Shown here: positions 10,601 through 21,253 of the stretch, piece after piece | Numbering within the stretch: the first letter of the stretch is position 1 | Layout: each line of letters starts with the position of its first letter | Origin: Histomonas meleagridis 2922-C6/04-290x | Lineage: Eukaryota; Protista; Parabasalia | Direction: 5' to 3' | Length of the DNA: 64,000 nucleotides | Assembly (NCBI GenBank): GCA_020184695.1 | Contig: JAANOX010000002.1 | Location: forward strand, 124,001-188,000 | Translations under genes and position numbers: made by a program | Notes under the pieces: model-generated | Told to the model about the DNA's origin: nothing | Seen by the model: only the letters and a program-made list of their open reading frames with translations | The model's database searches: none

Positions 10601-11409
10601 TTAAACGCTAATTCTTGAATGCTCTCGGAAGTAAATAAGTCTTGGATTAGACGTACGATTTGCGCTACTTCAAAATATTGATGAAATGCAATTTCAAATG
10701 CTTTGGAAAATTGTTGTGATGAAAGTGATATAAAAAAATCATAGATTGTGTCTTCGTTAAAACGATTCCCTAAAATAGCAGATTTAAGAATTAATGTGTC
10801 TTCTTCAAGAAATTGTTCAAAATCTGGACCTTGTAAACTATTGACTTCTTCACAAAAAGTATAAGGCGAAAGTGATGGTGGAGCTGAATCTGGTATAGTA
10901 GCAAGAAATTGAACAAGATTTGTGGCTAATGGTGGTATTTCTGGAAAATCTGATTTATCAATTTGAATTGTATGAATGTTTTCTATCCTAGGGCCGCTGT
11001 CAGAACTATCATCTGAAAAAAATTCAGAATAATCAGATAGTTCATTTCCATTATCATCATTGGTTTCTGCTTGAGTTTCTGTTTGAATAGGTGTTGTTAC
11101 AAACGTTGATTGTTGGTCTGAATTTTTATCTGAATCAAAGTCAACTTTTAATAGATTTCTGGTAATTTTTACATTTGATGGACGAATTTTTGGAAGTGGT
11201 TTTACAAAAATCGTAGCCCTTTTTGGAAATCTTGTAGGTTGGTTATTTCCTCTCTGATCTGATTTTTTTTGTGAAATTAATGAATCTTCTCTCTTTTTAG
11301 AAGTAACAGTTCCTCTTTTATAACCTGGATTACGAGACGTTCTAGTTGGCGTTTTTGATGGTGAAAAGTAAGGTACATTTTGTGCAATATGATCATAGAA
11401 ACGTTTCAT
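7684..11409 (-). CDS. Multi-GAF cyclic nucleotide phosphodiesterase-family protein, degenerate catalytic site
   Basis: GAF motifs (GIAGHVATTGEIINIADVYEDSRF...NKLN...F..SD; GIVGYVA...NIPDAYKDKRF...NK...F..ED) followed by a PDEase-like domain (ICQDIDH, EEIHHC, STDMSQH, LKCAS). Confidence 0.88.
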   Translation of the reverse strand: MKRFYDHIAQNVPYFSPSKTPTRTSRNPGYKRGTVTSKKREDSLISQKKSDQRGNNQPTRFPKRATIFVKPLPKIRPSNVKITRNLLKVDFDSDKNSDQQSTFVTTPIQTETQAETNDDNGNELSDYSEFFSDDSSDSGPRIENIHTIQIDKSDFPEIPPLATNLVQFLATIPDSAPPSLSPYTFCEEVNSLQGPDFEQFLEEDTLILKSAILGNRFNEDTIYDFFISLSSQQFSKAFEIAFHQYFEVAQIVRLIQDLFTSESIQELAFKIEQGALSLFGCRTSMLWYNIPSAKMLINHSRLMRYPHKVGLIGTAASEQRQVVAPNPLTSPLFSEEYDYPFCEDSDIILAEPIIDPTTDQLYGVLMLIDKIHKSGASYMYWPQSDLTLLNFFSSRLYRVFRKFNGDIKETSKNFRILAKLISKQTNFFSLLSTLKTLINDLITPEDVNIYFKDPKNIFWFETIGKNIQKKSISINKSGIAGYIFDHKTLVNCSYACEHKAYNSEMDGQYKSRSLIGIPLIFKDEVFSVIICRAKKHMPCFNTKDLRKLSIIALGASPTLNLSMNYYKRTNDLHFALRVQEKLASLLQTAESLSRQTSICVLVDTILKNACSLIGAERASLFTIDETKTHLISKVAQGTDKSLLLPINAGIAGHVATTGEIINIADVYEDSRFNSSIDKMTGYRTKSLLTIPVNDQNGNIIAVVQLMNKLNSESFNDSDAELAKAMSIFTGIALANSNVIESSILSTKKSQALLDTLIIFLRSKSVPIILHHIMNITCDLLQAERCAMFFIDDKNMNFNTTFLSEEERQISIVKGKGIVGYVAKYDIILNIPDAYKDKRFDPSVDQKTGYKTKSILAVPVKSNNKIVAVIELTNKNMISNGGIFTNEDEKLLKAFASFAGVAFDIYGTNTSCQSLAIILSNLISSEESKTYLPASQIMLKPEELTKYSSFRYDISMMNELEQFKLLISYFYDLKLSITFQINNFKLVRFLLTVYSKYTENEFYNWKKVVSTVKFVYYIISNTKLSEVLSKIEVLGLLIASICQDIDHSAINNQMLNEDSEIAFLFLYRNRPIEEIHHCEETIRIIEKEEENIFENIDINQRNQLWHLIISLILSTDMSQHFEIVSKFSNLIYPQMILNLNSVHHRVLLLKMVLKCASLYPTTQSFQSYEKWTYQLNKINGKNESDLLIAQEQIAFLLFIANPAFFSLAQALPQIMPTVDQLNCNLEMWKKKANDLKEKNVNQ

Positions 11410-11521
11410 TAATCGATTAATTAACGAACTTTATGGGGTGCCCTGTTTTAAAATTTGTGCAAAAATCCAAAACAAGAAAAGAAAAGGAAAAATTTATTTA
11501 ATTAAAAAGCAAACAAGTAAC

Positions 11522-11977
11522 CTATTCATTAATGACCTTAGATTTCTTTACAATATCAATTATGTACCCGATGCAAATCATTGATACAAATATTAAAAAG
11601 ATAATGATGGAATTTCGCCTAACTTTTTCTTTGGATGAAGGAATGAGTGCTCGGATGGTTTTTTTGAAAAGATTTATAAAAGCAAAAAATACCAAAATAA
11701 AAATATTTTTGTCATTATTCTCATCTGCTTCAACTATTTCGTTGGATATAGTAGTTTTGGTGGATCTAATTTCGTTGAGCTTTTTTGAAAAATTTTGAAT
11801 TTCTTCAGCTTGAGTCGAATCCTTTTTTTCATTTTCAGACACAAAACCAGATTTGTTATTTGTTGGTTGATTGTATCTCTTTCTTATACGTCTTCCAAGA
11901 GCAGATTCTTTGAGTTCTGTTTGTTCGTTTGATAGAGGCTGGTTCATTTGCGTTGGTGCGTCAAAACCGCATTTCAT
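11522..11977 (-). CDS. Hypothetical membrane protein with two C-terminal hydrophobic segments
   Basis: 151-aa ORF; IFILVFFAFINLF and IIIFLIFVSMICIGYII. Confidence 0.6.
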   Translation of the reverse strand: MKCGFDAPTQMNQPLSNEQTELKESALGRRIRKRYNQPTNNKSGFVSENEKKDSTQAEEIQNFSKKLNEIRSTKTTISNEIVEADENNDKNIFILVFFAFINLFKKTIRALIPSSKEKVRRNSIIIFLIFVSMICIGYIIDIVKKSKVINE

Positions 11978-12341
11978 ACGTTTAAAATTTGATTTTTTTT
12001 TTGCTTGTTTCTTGATAACTCCAATGGACTTATATTAGTAAATTGGATAAATATTTAGTACTTTAATAGTTTGCTGAATATTTATTAAAGCACCCCATGT
12101 CCATCAGTTTTTATGTGATCAACATATACTTTAAGATCAATTCTTTTTTTTTTAACAATAGCAAAGAATATTGAGACAAACATATAAATAATTAAGTTTA
12201 TATTTGATATTTATGATAAGTTTTTAACAAATAATTGTTTTTTATTTATCTTATTAAACAAAGTTTCTTCTTAAGATGGACAATTCAAAAGTTTATACAA
12301 AAGTGTAAACAACCAAAAAACGTTAAAAACTGAAAGCGCTT

Positions 12342-12968
12342 TTATTTGAACCAATTAATTACATCTTTGACAAAATCGGCCGCATCATCAATCACACCAC
12401 CTACACCAAATTTCAAAAATGTAGATGGCATTGATTCAGCAGATGTTAGTGGTAAGCCTTTTGAATCTGACCCATAAAATCCTAAGAAAATTTTGTAGCT
12501 ATTCCCACTGCACGCGGCAGTGGCAGGATTGCTAAAGTAACATGTGTCGTCATTTTCTACTCTTCGATCTTTACAAGAATTAGAATCAAAAGAAGTATCC
12601 CATCCGATTCCAGTCATGTTTCCATTGTCCAAGTGAATAAGGGCGCTTAAGTATTCAACAGAAAAATCTCCTTTTCTAAGAACATGAGGTATTGATCTTG
12701 AACTTTCTGTTATAAGTGTAATCGTAGCATTTTCTGTAAGGTTTCTGATTGTACAATTTGGATCTGGGATTTCGAGGAGAGAGAGCTCATCAGCAGCTGG
12801 GTACCAACGAGAATATAAGTTAAAAGTACCATTCAGATCTGAAATTTGACATGTTACCTTAATACGATTTCCTCTTTCAATTCCGTCTGTAGCAAGAGAA
12901 TTTCTGTTGCATTCTTCGGTTGTGCAAGGATCTGCACAAAATGCTATGCAAGCCAGTACAAAAAACAT
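12342..12968 (-). CDS. Hypothetical secreted Cys-containing protein
   Basis: Signal peptide MFFVLACIAFCA; 208-aa ORF with several Cys; family not recognised. Confidence 0.75.
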   Translation of the reverse strand: MFFVLACIAFCADPCTTEECNRNSLATDGIERGNRIKVTCQISDLNGTFNLYSRWYPAADELSLLEIPDPNCTIRNLTENATITLITESSRSIPHVLRKGDFSVEYLSALIHLDNGNMTGIGWDTSFDSNSCKDRRVENDDTCYFSNPATAACSGNSYKIFLGFYGSDSKGLPLTSAESMPSTFLKFGVGGVIDDAADFVKDVINWFK

Positions 12969-13270
12969 GTTCTAATTTGGTTTTTTAATAGTTTACACAA
13001 TTAATTTGGGGTGTCCCGAAGTTTTCGGTGTCTGATTTCTAGAACCCGTTAAAACCGGTCATTGTAAACGGCCTCTCAGTAAATCATTAACGTACTTAAC
13101 CGCCTATGCATCACAAACAACATTTTGATTATACACATGCAACTGTCTTCCACAGAAAAAAAAATGATCATAGATTTGATCATCCATTTTTTGTCTTGAA
13201 TTTGTCATTTTATGTAATATTTTCAAATTCCCATAAATAATATTTTTTTTTTTTTTTGATTTTGCTTTGT

Positions 13271-13991
13271 TAGCAGAATTTCATATTTGTGCAGTGTTTT
13301 ATTTCCAACAGAATTTCATATTTGTGCAGTGTTTTTATTTCCAACAGAATTTCATATTTGTGCAGTGTTTTATTTCCAACAGAATTTCATATTTGTGCAG
13401 TGTTTTATTTCCAACAGAATTTCATATTTGTGCAGTGTTTTATTTCCAACAGAATTTCATATTTGTGCAGTGTTTTATTTCCAACAGAATTTCATATTTG
13501 TGCAGTGTTTTATTTCCATCAGAATTTCATATTTGTGCAGTGTTTTATTTCCAACAGAATTTCATATTTGTGCAGTGTTTTTATTTCCAACAGAATTTCA
13601 TATTTGTGCAGTGTTTTATTTCCATCAGAATTTCATATTTGTGCAGTGTTTTATTTCCAACAGAATTTCATATTTGTGCAGTGTTTTATTTCCAAACTAG
13701 AATTTCAGATTTGTGCCTTGTTGTGATTTCCAACAGAATTTCATATTTGTGCAGTGTTTTTTTTCCATCAGAATTTCATATTTGTGCAGTGTTTTATTTC
13801 CAACAGAATTTCATATTTGTGCAGTGTTTTATTTCCAACAGAATTTCATATTTGTGCAGTGTTTTATTTCCATCAGAATTTCATATTTGTGCAGTGTTTA
13901 ATTTCCAACAGAATTTCATATTTGTGCAGTGTTTAATTTCCAACAGAATTTCATATTTGTGCAATGTTTTATTTCCATCAGAATTTCATCT
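13271..13991. repeat. 35-bp minisatellite, about 20 head-to-tail units
   Basis: Unit CCAACAGAATTTCATATTTGTGCAGTGTTTTATTT starting at 13305, 13341, 13376, 13411, 13446, 13481, 13516 ... 13975; one degenerate unit at 13692-13729. Confidence 0.97.
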
Positions 13992-14040
13992 TTGAGATCA
14001 TTTTAATTTTTTTCACAAATGCAATCAAACTATAGGTTTA

Positions 14041-16350
14041 TTAAGCGTAATTTTGACTTAGTAACTTTGTAATTTCTTCTTTTGCGCCTTCCGCGTTGTC
14101 TCCCTGATATTCCTGGCACACTACATCGAGCGGCGTTTTATCTTCGTTATTCACCGGCTGTTTAATTACGTAATTTTGTACCAAAATCTTCACTGCTTCC
14201 ACAGAACCATATTTTGTAGCCCAATGCAAAGGTGTGTCACCATTTTTATCCGCAATATTTATATCGATTTCCTCCTTACTTACCAAATAATCGATTATCA
14301 AAATGTGGTTCATCTTACAAGCGAAGTGAAGAGGTGTATCTCCACTTCTATTACATATATTTACATTTACGTGGCATCTATCGATTAGATATTGTAACAC
14401 TAGAAGATGTCCATTAATCACCGCCATGTTAATATATATGTTATGATTCTTCGCATGCACTTTATTCAGATCCACCTTTTTGACTTCAACTAAATATTGT
14501 AGACTTGAAATGTTCCCATGTTCCGCCGCAGTAAAGAGATCAGGTTCAAACGCATTCGGATACGGCGGGTTATTTACGAATTTCGGCGTTGTTATTTTCA
14601 GTATATATAATCGTAATTCTCTTAATGAACATTTCGAAGCAAGTTTTAAAAGGCCGACTTCGTCTTCGTTCTTAATGGTGGGCGGAATTCGAACAACTTC
14701 AATAAGATATCGAACACTATTTAAGTCATTCTTTTCAAGTGCTTTAAAGATGTCTGTCTCGAAGTCCGCTGGCGGTAGTTTAACATGACGAACTTTGCAG
14801 AGATATTCGATGACGTTTTGTCTCTTTGATTTAAGCGCTGTATAAAACGCTGTGTCTCCAGTTAGTTCATTAGCTTCATTGATATCAACTTTTAGTCGCT
14901 CAACGAAGTATTGGATCATTGGAAGATCTCCAATCGTTACTGCTAATATAAATGGCGTTTCTCCAGTTTCATGATTTATAGTTTTGATGGAAGCGTCCGC
15001 ATTTTCGATTAGATATTGTACAATTGGAAGATGTCCACTATTAATTGCAGTTGTTAATAATGTTTCGCCTTTATCATTAGTTTCATCGATCGAAACTTTA
15101 CTGTTCTCAATGATATATTTAACACTCGGTAAATGCCCATTTTTGACTGCTTCGAATAAGTTCGATTGAAAGTCTTCTGGCGGTAATGAAACTTTAAGAA
15201 CATTCGCAAGATAATTCATTACTTCTTCGTTATGAGGTACTGAGGAATAGAAAAGAGAGTTTTCGCCATTTTTGTTCGTTTTAAGTGGATCAACTTTTGC
15301 TTTCTCAACAAGATATTTAACAATTGGAAGATATCCTTTACGCGCTGCCCAATGAAGTATTGTTATTTTTTGTTGATTTAAATTTATAAGATCTGGCAGT
15401 GTATCCTCAATTGGGGTAATCTGATTCAAAAAATAAAGGACAACTTTTCGACTGTTGTTTTCCCACGCATATGTTATCGGGGCCTTTTCGTCAAATTTGG
15501 ATAATCCGATAGTTTCAATAAGATATTTAACAACTTCAAGTTGGTCGTGGATACACGCAACTTGTAGTGGCGTGTTACCATTTTTATCTCTGATTTCAGG
15601 GTCAATGCCGCAATCTTCAATCAGATATTGAACAACTGGAAGTTGGCCATATTGTGCTGCAAGATGAAGAGGAGTGGTCCCAAGCTGATTCTTTTCTTTG
15701 GCATCAACATCAGCTTTTTCAACGAGGAATTTGACACTTTCAAGATTTCCTGTTTGAGCTGCGAGATGGATTTGATGTACAAAATTCGCGGGCGTGCCCA
15801 TGACAGACTTGTTTGCTGTGCAGAGATATCGGAAAATAAGTCCTTTTTTTTCTTCGAATGCAACATTGAGAGGGGTTCGACCGCCACGGTTTTTAACTGT
15901 TGGATCTGCACATCCCTTTTCGATAAGATATTGTACAAGTAAAAGATCTCCGTTGGAAACTGCTATGTGTAAAAGAGTGTTCCCACTCTTGGAATCTAAT
16001 GCGTCCGGATCAAAGCCACGTCTTTCAATATTATATTGAACACTACGGATATTTCCTTTTTGAGCTGCACTGAAAATATTATCAACATAATCCAAAGGTT
16101 TTGAATATATGGGAGGAAAACGCTCAGACGAGATATTTTGATTTTCTGATACTAAGGCATAAGATTTATAGCACATGCGTGCAAGGGAAACAATGCATTC
16201 TTTAATTTCTTCAAACTTCACAAATAAATTGCGATTAGTGTTCTCTACAGAAAGGATCCCTTTCAACTTTTTGTCAAGGGCCTTTAGAATTTCCTCGCTT
16301 TGAATTTGAGATCCGAGAAGAAGACCTTCGAAAAGCCTTTCTGTTTCCAT
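14041..16350 (-). CDS. Ankyrin-repeat protein (uninterrupted)
   Basis: Many canonical repeats (KNRGGRTPLNVA, KNQLGTTPLHLAA, RDKNGNTPLQVAC, ADKNGDTPLHWA) in one 769-aa ORF. Confidence 0.95.
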   Translation of the reverse strand: METERLFEGLLLGSQIQSEEILKALDKKLKGILSVENTNRNLFVKFEEIKECIVSLARMCYKSYALVSENQNISSERFPPIYSKPLDYVDNIFSAAQKGNIRSVQYNIERRGFDPDALDSKSGNTLLHIAVSNGDLLLVQYLIEKGCADPTVKNRGGRTPLNVAFEEKKGLIFRYLCTANKSVMGTPANFVHQIHLAAQTGNLESVKFLVEKADVDAKEKNQLGTTPLHLAAQYGQLPVVQYLIEDCGIDPEIRDKNGNTPLQVACIHDQLEVVKYLIETIGLSKFDEKAPITYAWENNSRKVVLYFLNQITPIEDTLPDLINLNQQKITILHWAARKGYLPIVKYLVEKAKVDPLKTNKNGENSLFYSSVPHNEEVMNYLANVLKVSLPPEDFQSNLFEAVKNGHLPSVKYIIENSKVSIDETNDKGETLLTTAINSGHLPIVQYLIENADASIKTINHETGETPFILAVTIGDLPMIQYFVERLKVDINEANELTGDTAFYTALKSKRQNVIEYLCKVRHVKLPPADFETDIFKALEKNDLNSVRYLIEVVRIPPTIKNEDEVGLLKLASKCSLRELRLYILKITTPKFVNNPPYPNAFEPDLFTAAEHGNISSLQYLVEVKKVDLNKVHAKNHNIYINMAVINGHLLVLQYLIDRCHVNVNICNRSGDTPLHFACKMNHILIIDYLVSKEEIDINIADKNGDTPLHWATKYGSVEAVKILVQNYVIKQPVNNEDKTPLDVVCQEYQGDNAEGAKEEITKLLSQNYA

Positions 16351-17623
16351 TCTAAAATGTCAAAAAGACCACACAAAAAGTCAAACTTTTTGCTAACAAT
16401 GGTGCCGGTTGTGATGTGCCATTTGAATACAAACAAAAATTTCTCCATTTTCAAAATTGAGAGCACATGTAAAAATCACTTCACTTGAGAGGGGGTTAAG
16501 AAATATGTTCACCTATGAGAGTAGATTCATTTGGTTGTTTGAAAGTCTTTTCTAGATCTTAAGACATGCTTCTAATTGAAATTCGTGCTACATCAATGTT
16601 TCGATGAAATTGTTTTTTATGCGATACAATATGAGGCTTTTTTAGAATAAGTTATGCTGTTTTATTCTGATTCGATTTTTTCCGGAAAAGACATCTTTCG
16701 AATGATAGCTTCGTTAACTCGTAGCTATATCAATGTGAAATTGCTTACTTGACTTAGTAAGTCAACTTTAGTTTAACCGGAATTGGCTTTGATTATATCG
16801 TACAACGAATGAGAAGATTAATCAGCACCGACCGGAAAAAATTTAGATTTATCATATCGGTACTATACACATTAAAATCGACACACAAACATTTGATCAA
16901 AAATTGCGTTGTAATTGATTCAGCTAGTTACAACATTTGTATGAAATGTTATATTTTTCTAAGTTCAACACAAATTTCTTTACTTTATATGTTGTATTTG
17001 GCGATATTGAGTTTGTTTTAATCGTAGTATTTTAGACTGCTTTGAAAAAATGATATCATTCTAACAATTGATCAATAAATATAAGAGAACAAATGCAAAT
17101 CTCACCAACAAGATAACATTCTAAAATGGTTCACGTTGCTTTCAATGTTACATTATCTGCATTCGATTGAATGATGTTTTTATGGAGATACTACATTTCT
17201 TATTTTTGTGTTTACATGTGTCGTTATCAGTGAATACATATAATTCATGCGAAATATTCGAAATCATCAAATATTTATTTTGACATATATTATATTTCTA
17301 ATTATTAAAGGACTTACTTTTCAATTTTTTGGCCTGAGAAGATGCAAGATGAATCATTCTATTTGCCATTAAATATGCATTTCAATAAATTTACCATTTT
17401 TCTCATTTATTTGTAATAAAATACACGAGGTAAATCCTGACACTCAGTACATATTTTGATGGTAAATGATTAAGGATCGAGAATCCCAAAATTGATAAAC
17501 CCAGAAAGAGCAAACGTTCTGATAACAGTTTTACGAACGGTTTCATTTCAGAATTGCGAATTTTGCTTATTCAAATTTCAGAGCCACTTTGTTCGAACAA
17601 ACCTAAAAATCCTCATCAACTTT

Positions 17624-18550
17624 ATGACACATATATCGCCTCTTCTGGATTTTGCAATGCTTTATCTAAACCAAGCTTCTTTTGGTTTTAGCGATATAAA
17701 AGCAAAGCAAGAAATAATGAACGCCTTCCACCTATTTTTTAATAATTTATGTGATAAAAATGAAGTCGCCAAACTTCTTATAAAATATATTGGAACAACT
17801 CAGCCACTAGATCGAATAGTAGCTATACTAAACACACCAGATACACCATTACCAGTTCAAGCAAATTCATCCCAACGAAAAAAGACAAAACCATGGTCTA
17901 ACATAGAAGACACTCGCCTTCTTGCAGCCATACATAAATTCGGTACTGATAACTGGGTAACAATTGCAAAATTTGTAGGTAATGGTCGAACAAGAGCTCA
18001 ATGTGCTCAGCGTTGGTATCGAAGTCTTGACCCAAAAATTTCCAAGAACGAATGGTCACCAGAAGAAGAAGCCAAATTAATTCATCTAATTAAAGTATGT
18101 CAAAATAAGCCATGGTCATTCATTGCAGCTTACATGGGAAATCGAAGTGATGTACAGTGTCGTTATCATTTCTTACAAATGCAAAAAGATGGTCAAATCA
18201 AGGAAGATTTATCTTATTTGGTGAACGATAAGCCTTCATGTCCATTGGTTGATTTAGGAAACACCCCGCAGCCACCGGGATGCTGTCCCCCTCCAATGCC
18301 TCCGGTCCCGCCAAATCAATTAGTTACATCTATTTCAGTGCCTGTGCTCAATCAGCCGGTGCTGCAAGGTGTAAACATACCAAAACAGAATTTTTCGTCT
18401 GCGGCTTCACCTGAGCCGCCGGTTGAAGCAAATCCTGTGGCGGACAAAGCGGATGCTTATGATACAGAAAATAACGCATTTTTAGATGCGTTTGCAAAGG
18501 AATTTGACCAGAATTTTTCTTGGGATGAGGAATTTGGTGATGTATTTTAA
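17624..18550 (+). CDS. R2R3 Myb-like DNA-binding protein
   Basis: KPWSNIEDTRLL...W..IA..V...RTRAQCAQRW...LDPKISKNEWSPEEE...RSDVQCRYHF; first ATG in the ORF at 17624. Confidence 0.92.
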   Translation: MTHISPLLDFAMLYLNQASFGFSDIKAKQEIMNAFHLFFNNLCDKNEVAKLLIKYIGTTQPLDRIVAILNTPDTPLPVQANSSQRKKTKPWSNIEDTRLLAAIHKFGTDNWVTIAKFVGNGRTRAQCAQRWYRSLDPKISKNEWSPEEEAKLIHLIKVCQNKPWSFIAAYMGNRSDVQCRYHFLQMQKDGQIKEDLSYLVNDKPSCPLVDLGNTPQPPGCCPPPMPPVPPNQLVTSISVPVLNQPVLQGVNIPKQNFSSAASPEPPVEANPVADKADAYDTENNAFLDAFAKEFDQNFSWDEEFGDVF

Positions 18551-19136
18551 CATAATGTAATAAAGAATTTTTGGCTTCATGTGTTTAAATGTTTAAATAT
18601 CTTTAACAAAGGAGATAAAAAATGCATCAGAACAAGAACTTAAGCATATGTATATCGGAAACAGTATCTGATATTATGATGTCAATAGGTGATATATATA
18701 TATATTGCATTTAGCAGATCTTTTTAGGAAAAGTTTTTCGAGAAAAAAAAATATTGATTATAAAAATAAATCTTAATAGTAAAATTAATTGTTTGTTAAA
18801 GGTATAAAATTTAATGCAATAACAAAATTCTTTTTGTGATGTTTAACCAATCTAATTAAAAATCGGAAATATTTGAATTTATTCGAACATAAATTATTCA
18901 TGGCCACCATTAGACACAGGACTAAACTTGACTATGTACAATGTAGATAGGACAATCTCAAATTTAAAGCCACGATATAGAATTGAACGTTATGGGACAT
19001 GCTCCAGCCGATTGGTTGTAGAATTATTCCTTTCAATTATATTCAAATTAGTTCCCTGAATTTTTCAATTATCTATGGAATAAATTTTTTTGAGTACTTT
19101 ATTTTAGCGTGGGTTGCTGGCTTGGAACACAACCAA

Positions 19137-21092
19137 ATGGAAAATGGGACACCACCTTGTAAAATTAGAAAAAACTCAATCCCATTGCAGGGCTTTAGGT
19201 CTAATTCAAGTGAATCGTTTGTGTCTCCCAGGCAACAAGTTGGCAAATTAGAAGTTTTTAACATTCTCCAAGAAGTTAAGGAAAAGGTTATTGATCGTAT
19301 CAAAATTGTGTTTGAAGGAAACAAACAAAGTAATTCTACTATCAATTTTTTCCATCAAATTGAACGAATTCCGGTTCAATCATTGAATGATGAAATACCA
19401 ATAATAGCGAAAAAAATCAAAGAAGAAATTGCTCGTTCTCCAGAAGAAAAAGACCAGCTCTATTCTCTTTTATATTACGTTTCCAAACTCAATAGAGCAA
19501 CAAATTTACAAGATTTTACCAAAATTGAAACCAACTACATCATTAAAAGTTTAAAATCTAGGCGCCACAGTTCATACTTCAATCCATTTCAATATCAGTC
19601 ATTTTTTGATCATAGTTCTGAACCAAAATCTGTTCAAACTAATATCTGTCGTATGTGCGAACATATTGTTCAACCAGGGAAGATGATTGAGCACTCGGAA
19701 TCATGTCGAGATGCCCAAGTTGAACGTGTTCGAATTGAACATCTTAGTCGAAAACTCATTACCATGTCACACAAGCTTACAAAAACCCCATCACTAGAAG
19801 TGCTTATTCGCAAACTTTCTAGCTCATATGCATCACCAAATGATTATCGATCTCTCTCAGAACAAATTCTTCAAATAACAGAATCCACACCTGAAATGAA
19901 GGAACTCACATACCTCATCAAAGAACACATGGAACACGTCTCAAATGTCATAACACTTTGGGAAAAGGCAAAATCCACCTTAACGTCCCCGACCGATGAA
20001 AAAGTGCCACCGATGATTTCACTCGGCGTTCCAGATTTTACAGAGCTCAGACCGTTAGCCCGCGGTGCGTTTGGTCGAGTCCATCTCGTCCAACGCAAGA
20101 AGACGGGCGACATCTTTGCGATGAAGATTATACCAAAAGAAGAATTGAATACGAAAGATGGAATGCATCGAATCCTTAGTGAAAGAGAAGCGATGACTAG
20201 GGCTATGAGTAATTATGTTGTACCACTTTATTTCACATTTCAAAGCGGAAACTCATTATTCCTTGTAATGGAATATAGTCCAGGTGGAGATTTGTTTGCA
20301 CTTTTACAAGAACTTGGATCACTTGATGAAGATACTGCAAGATTTTATGGACTAGAGATTGTTAAAGCTCTTAAGCATCTTCATGAAAGAGGTATAGTTC
20401 ATTGTGATATCAAACCAGATAATCTATTAATTAGTGCTGACGGACATATCAAATTAACAGACTTCGGTCTCAGCAAAGTAGACATCATAGACAGAGCGTT
20501 ATCTAATGAGTCTGACTTGTTCTCGTCACTGACTTCAAGTCAAATGATTGATGTGGACGATACACCAACCGCCAAAACCGCTCCGGGCACCCCGGAATAT
20601 TTAGCGCCCGAAATTTTGCTTGGGCAGAGCTTCGGGAAAGAAGCAGATTGGTGGTCTTTTGGCGCTGTTATGTATGAGCTTGTAGAAGGCGTTCCTCCTT
20701 TTTGTGGAGATAATCCAGCAGAAGTATTTGAAGATGTAGTGAAAGGAGAGTTCACATGGACAGTAGATGCATCAGATGAACTTAAAGATTTGGTTGCCGG
20801 GCTTCTTAACACTGATCCAAAGAAAAGATTTGGAATTAATGAGGTACTTAGTCACCCTTTCTTTAACAACGTGGCAGCTTCAAACGATGAGCCGCCATTT
20901 CAGCCGTCACTGGAAAACGGAGCTGACCCTGTGTACTTCCGCCAAGCGAGACATTCGCTTGTGGGAACTGCCGACCGTTTAACGGATGAATCGTTTTTGA
21001 TTCTGAACAAACAGGTCCAACAGTGGAATGTGATTAATTATTACACTCTGTTCGATCTGAATAAAAAAATAAGCGAAAATAGTAAATGTTAA
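19137..21092 (+). CDS. AGC kinase, Greatwall/MAST/Rim15-like, with N-terminal C2HC finger
   Basis: LARGAFGRV, FAMK, MEYSPGGDL, HCDIKPDN, LTDFGLS plus insert, GTPEYLAPE, DWWSFG; CRMCE...EHSESC; likely start MENG at 19137. Confidence 0.9.
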   Translation: MENGTPPCKIRKNSIPLQGFRSNSSESFVSPRQQVGKLEVFNILQEVKEKVIDRIKIVFEGNKQSNSTINFFHQIERIPVQSLNDEIPIIAKKIKEEIARSPEEKDQLYSLLYYVSKLNRATNLQDFTKIETNYIIKSLKSRRHSSYFNPFQYQSFFDHSSEPKSVQTNICRMCEHIVQPGKMIEHSESCRDAQVERVRIEHLSRKLITMSHKLTKTPSLEVLIRKLSSSYASPNDYRSLSEQILQITESTPEMKELTYLIKEHMEHVSNVITLWEKAKSTLTSPTDEKVPPMISLGVPDFTELRPLARGAFGRVHLVQRKKTGDIFAMKIIPKEELNTKDGMHRILSEREAMTRAMSNYVVPLYFTFQSGNSLFLVMEYSPGGDLFALLQELGSLDEDTARFYGLEIVKALKHLHERGIVHCDIKPDNLLISADGHIKLTDFGLSKVDIIDRALSNESDLFSSLTSSQMIDVDDTPTAKTAPGTPEYLAPEILLGQSFGKEADWWSFGAVMYELVEGVPPFCGDNPAEVFEDVVKGEFTWTVDASDELKDLVAGLLNTDPKKRFGINEVLSHPFFNNVAASNDEPPFQPSLENGADPVYFRQARHSLVGTADRLTDESFLILNKQVQQWNVINYYTLFDLNKKISENSKC

Positions 21093-21253
21093 TCTGATTC
21101 GATAAATTTGTATTATTTTAAAAATTTTATATAATTTAATGAAAAAATTGGAAAGTGAAACAATCATTGAAAGATTTGGATGTTTTGTTAATATAAAATA
21201 TTTGAATTAGATGTTCAATTTTTTATTCATTGCGAACCTGTAGAACGTAAACC

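Noticed and set aside
13271-13991. CRISPR array, or coding ORFs 13267-13995, 13287-13700 etc.
   Set aside because: Units are directly head-to-tail with no unique spacers and there are no cas genes. The ORFs in all three frames arise because the 35-nt unit lacks stops.
16749-16765. Small hairpin TTGACTT-AGT-AAGTCAA
   Set aside because: A 7-bp stem is expected by chance at this composition; no context.
17492-17623. 5' extensions in the ORF track (17492, 18999, 7007, 54622, 55290)
   Set aside because: They begin at TTG or at far-upstream ATGs and translate AT-rich promoter sequence. Downstream ATGs, some with Inr-like context, fit better.
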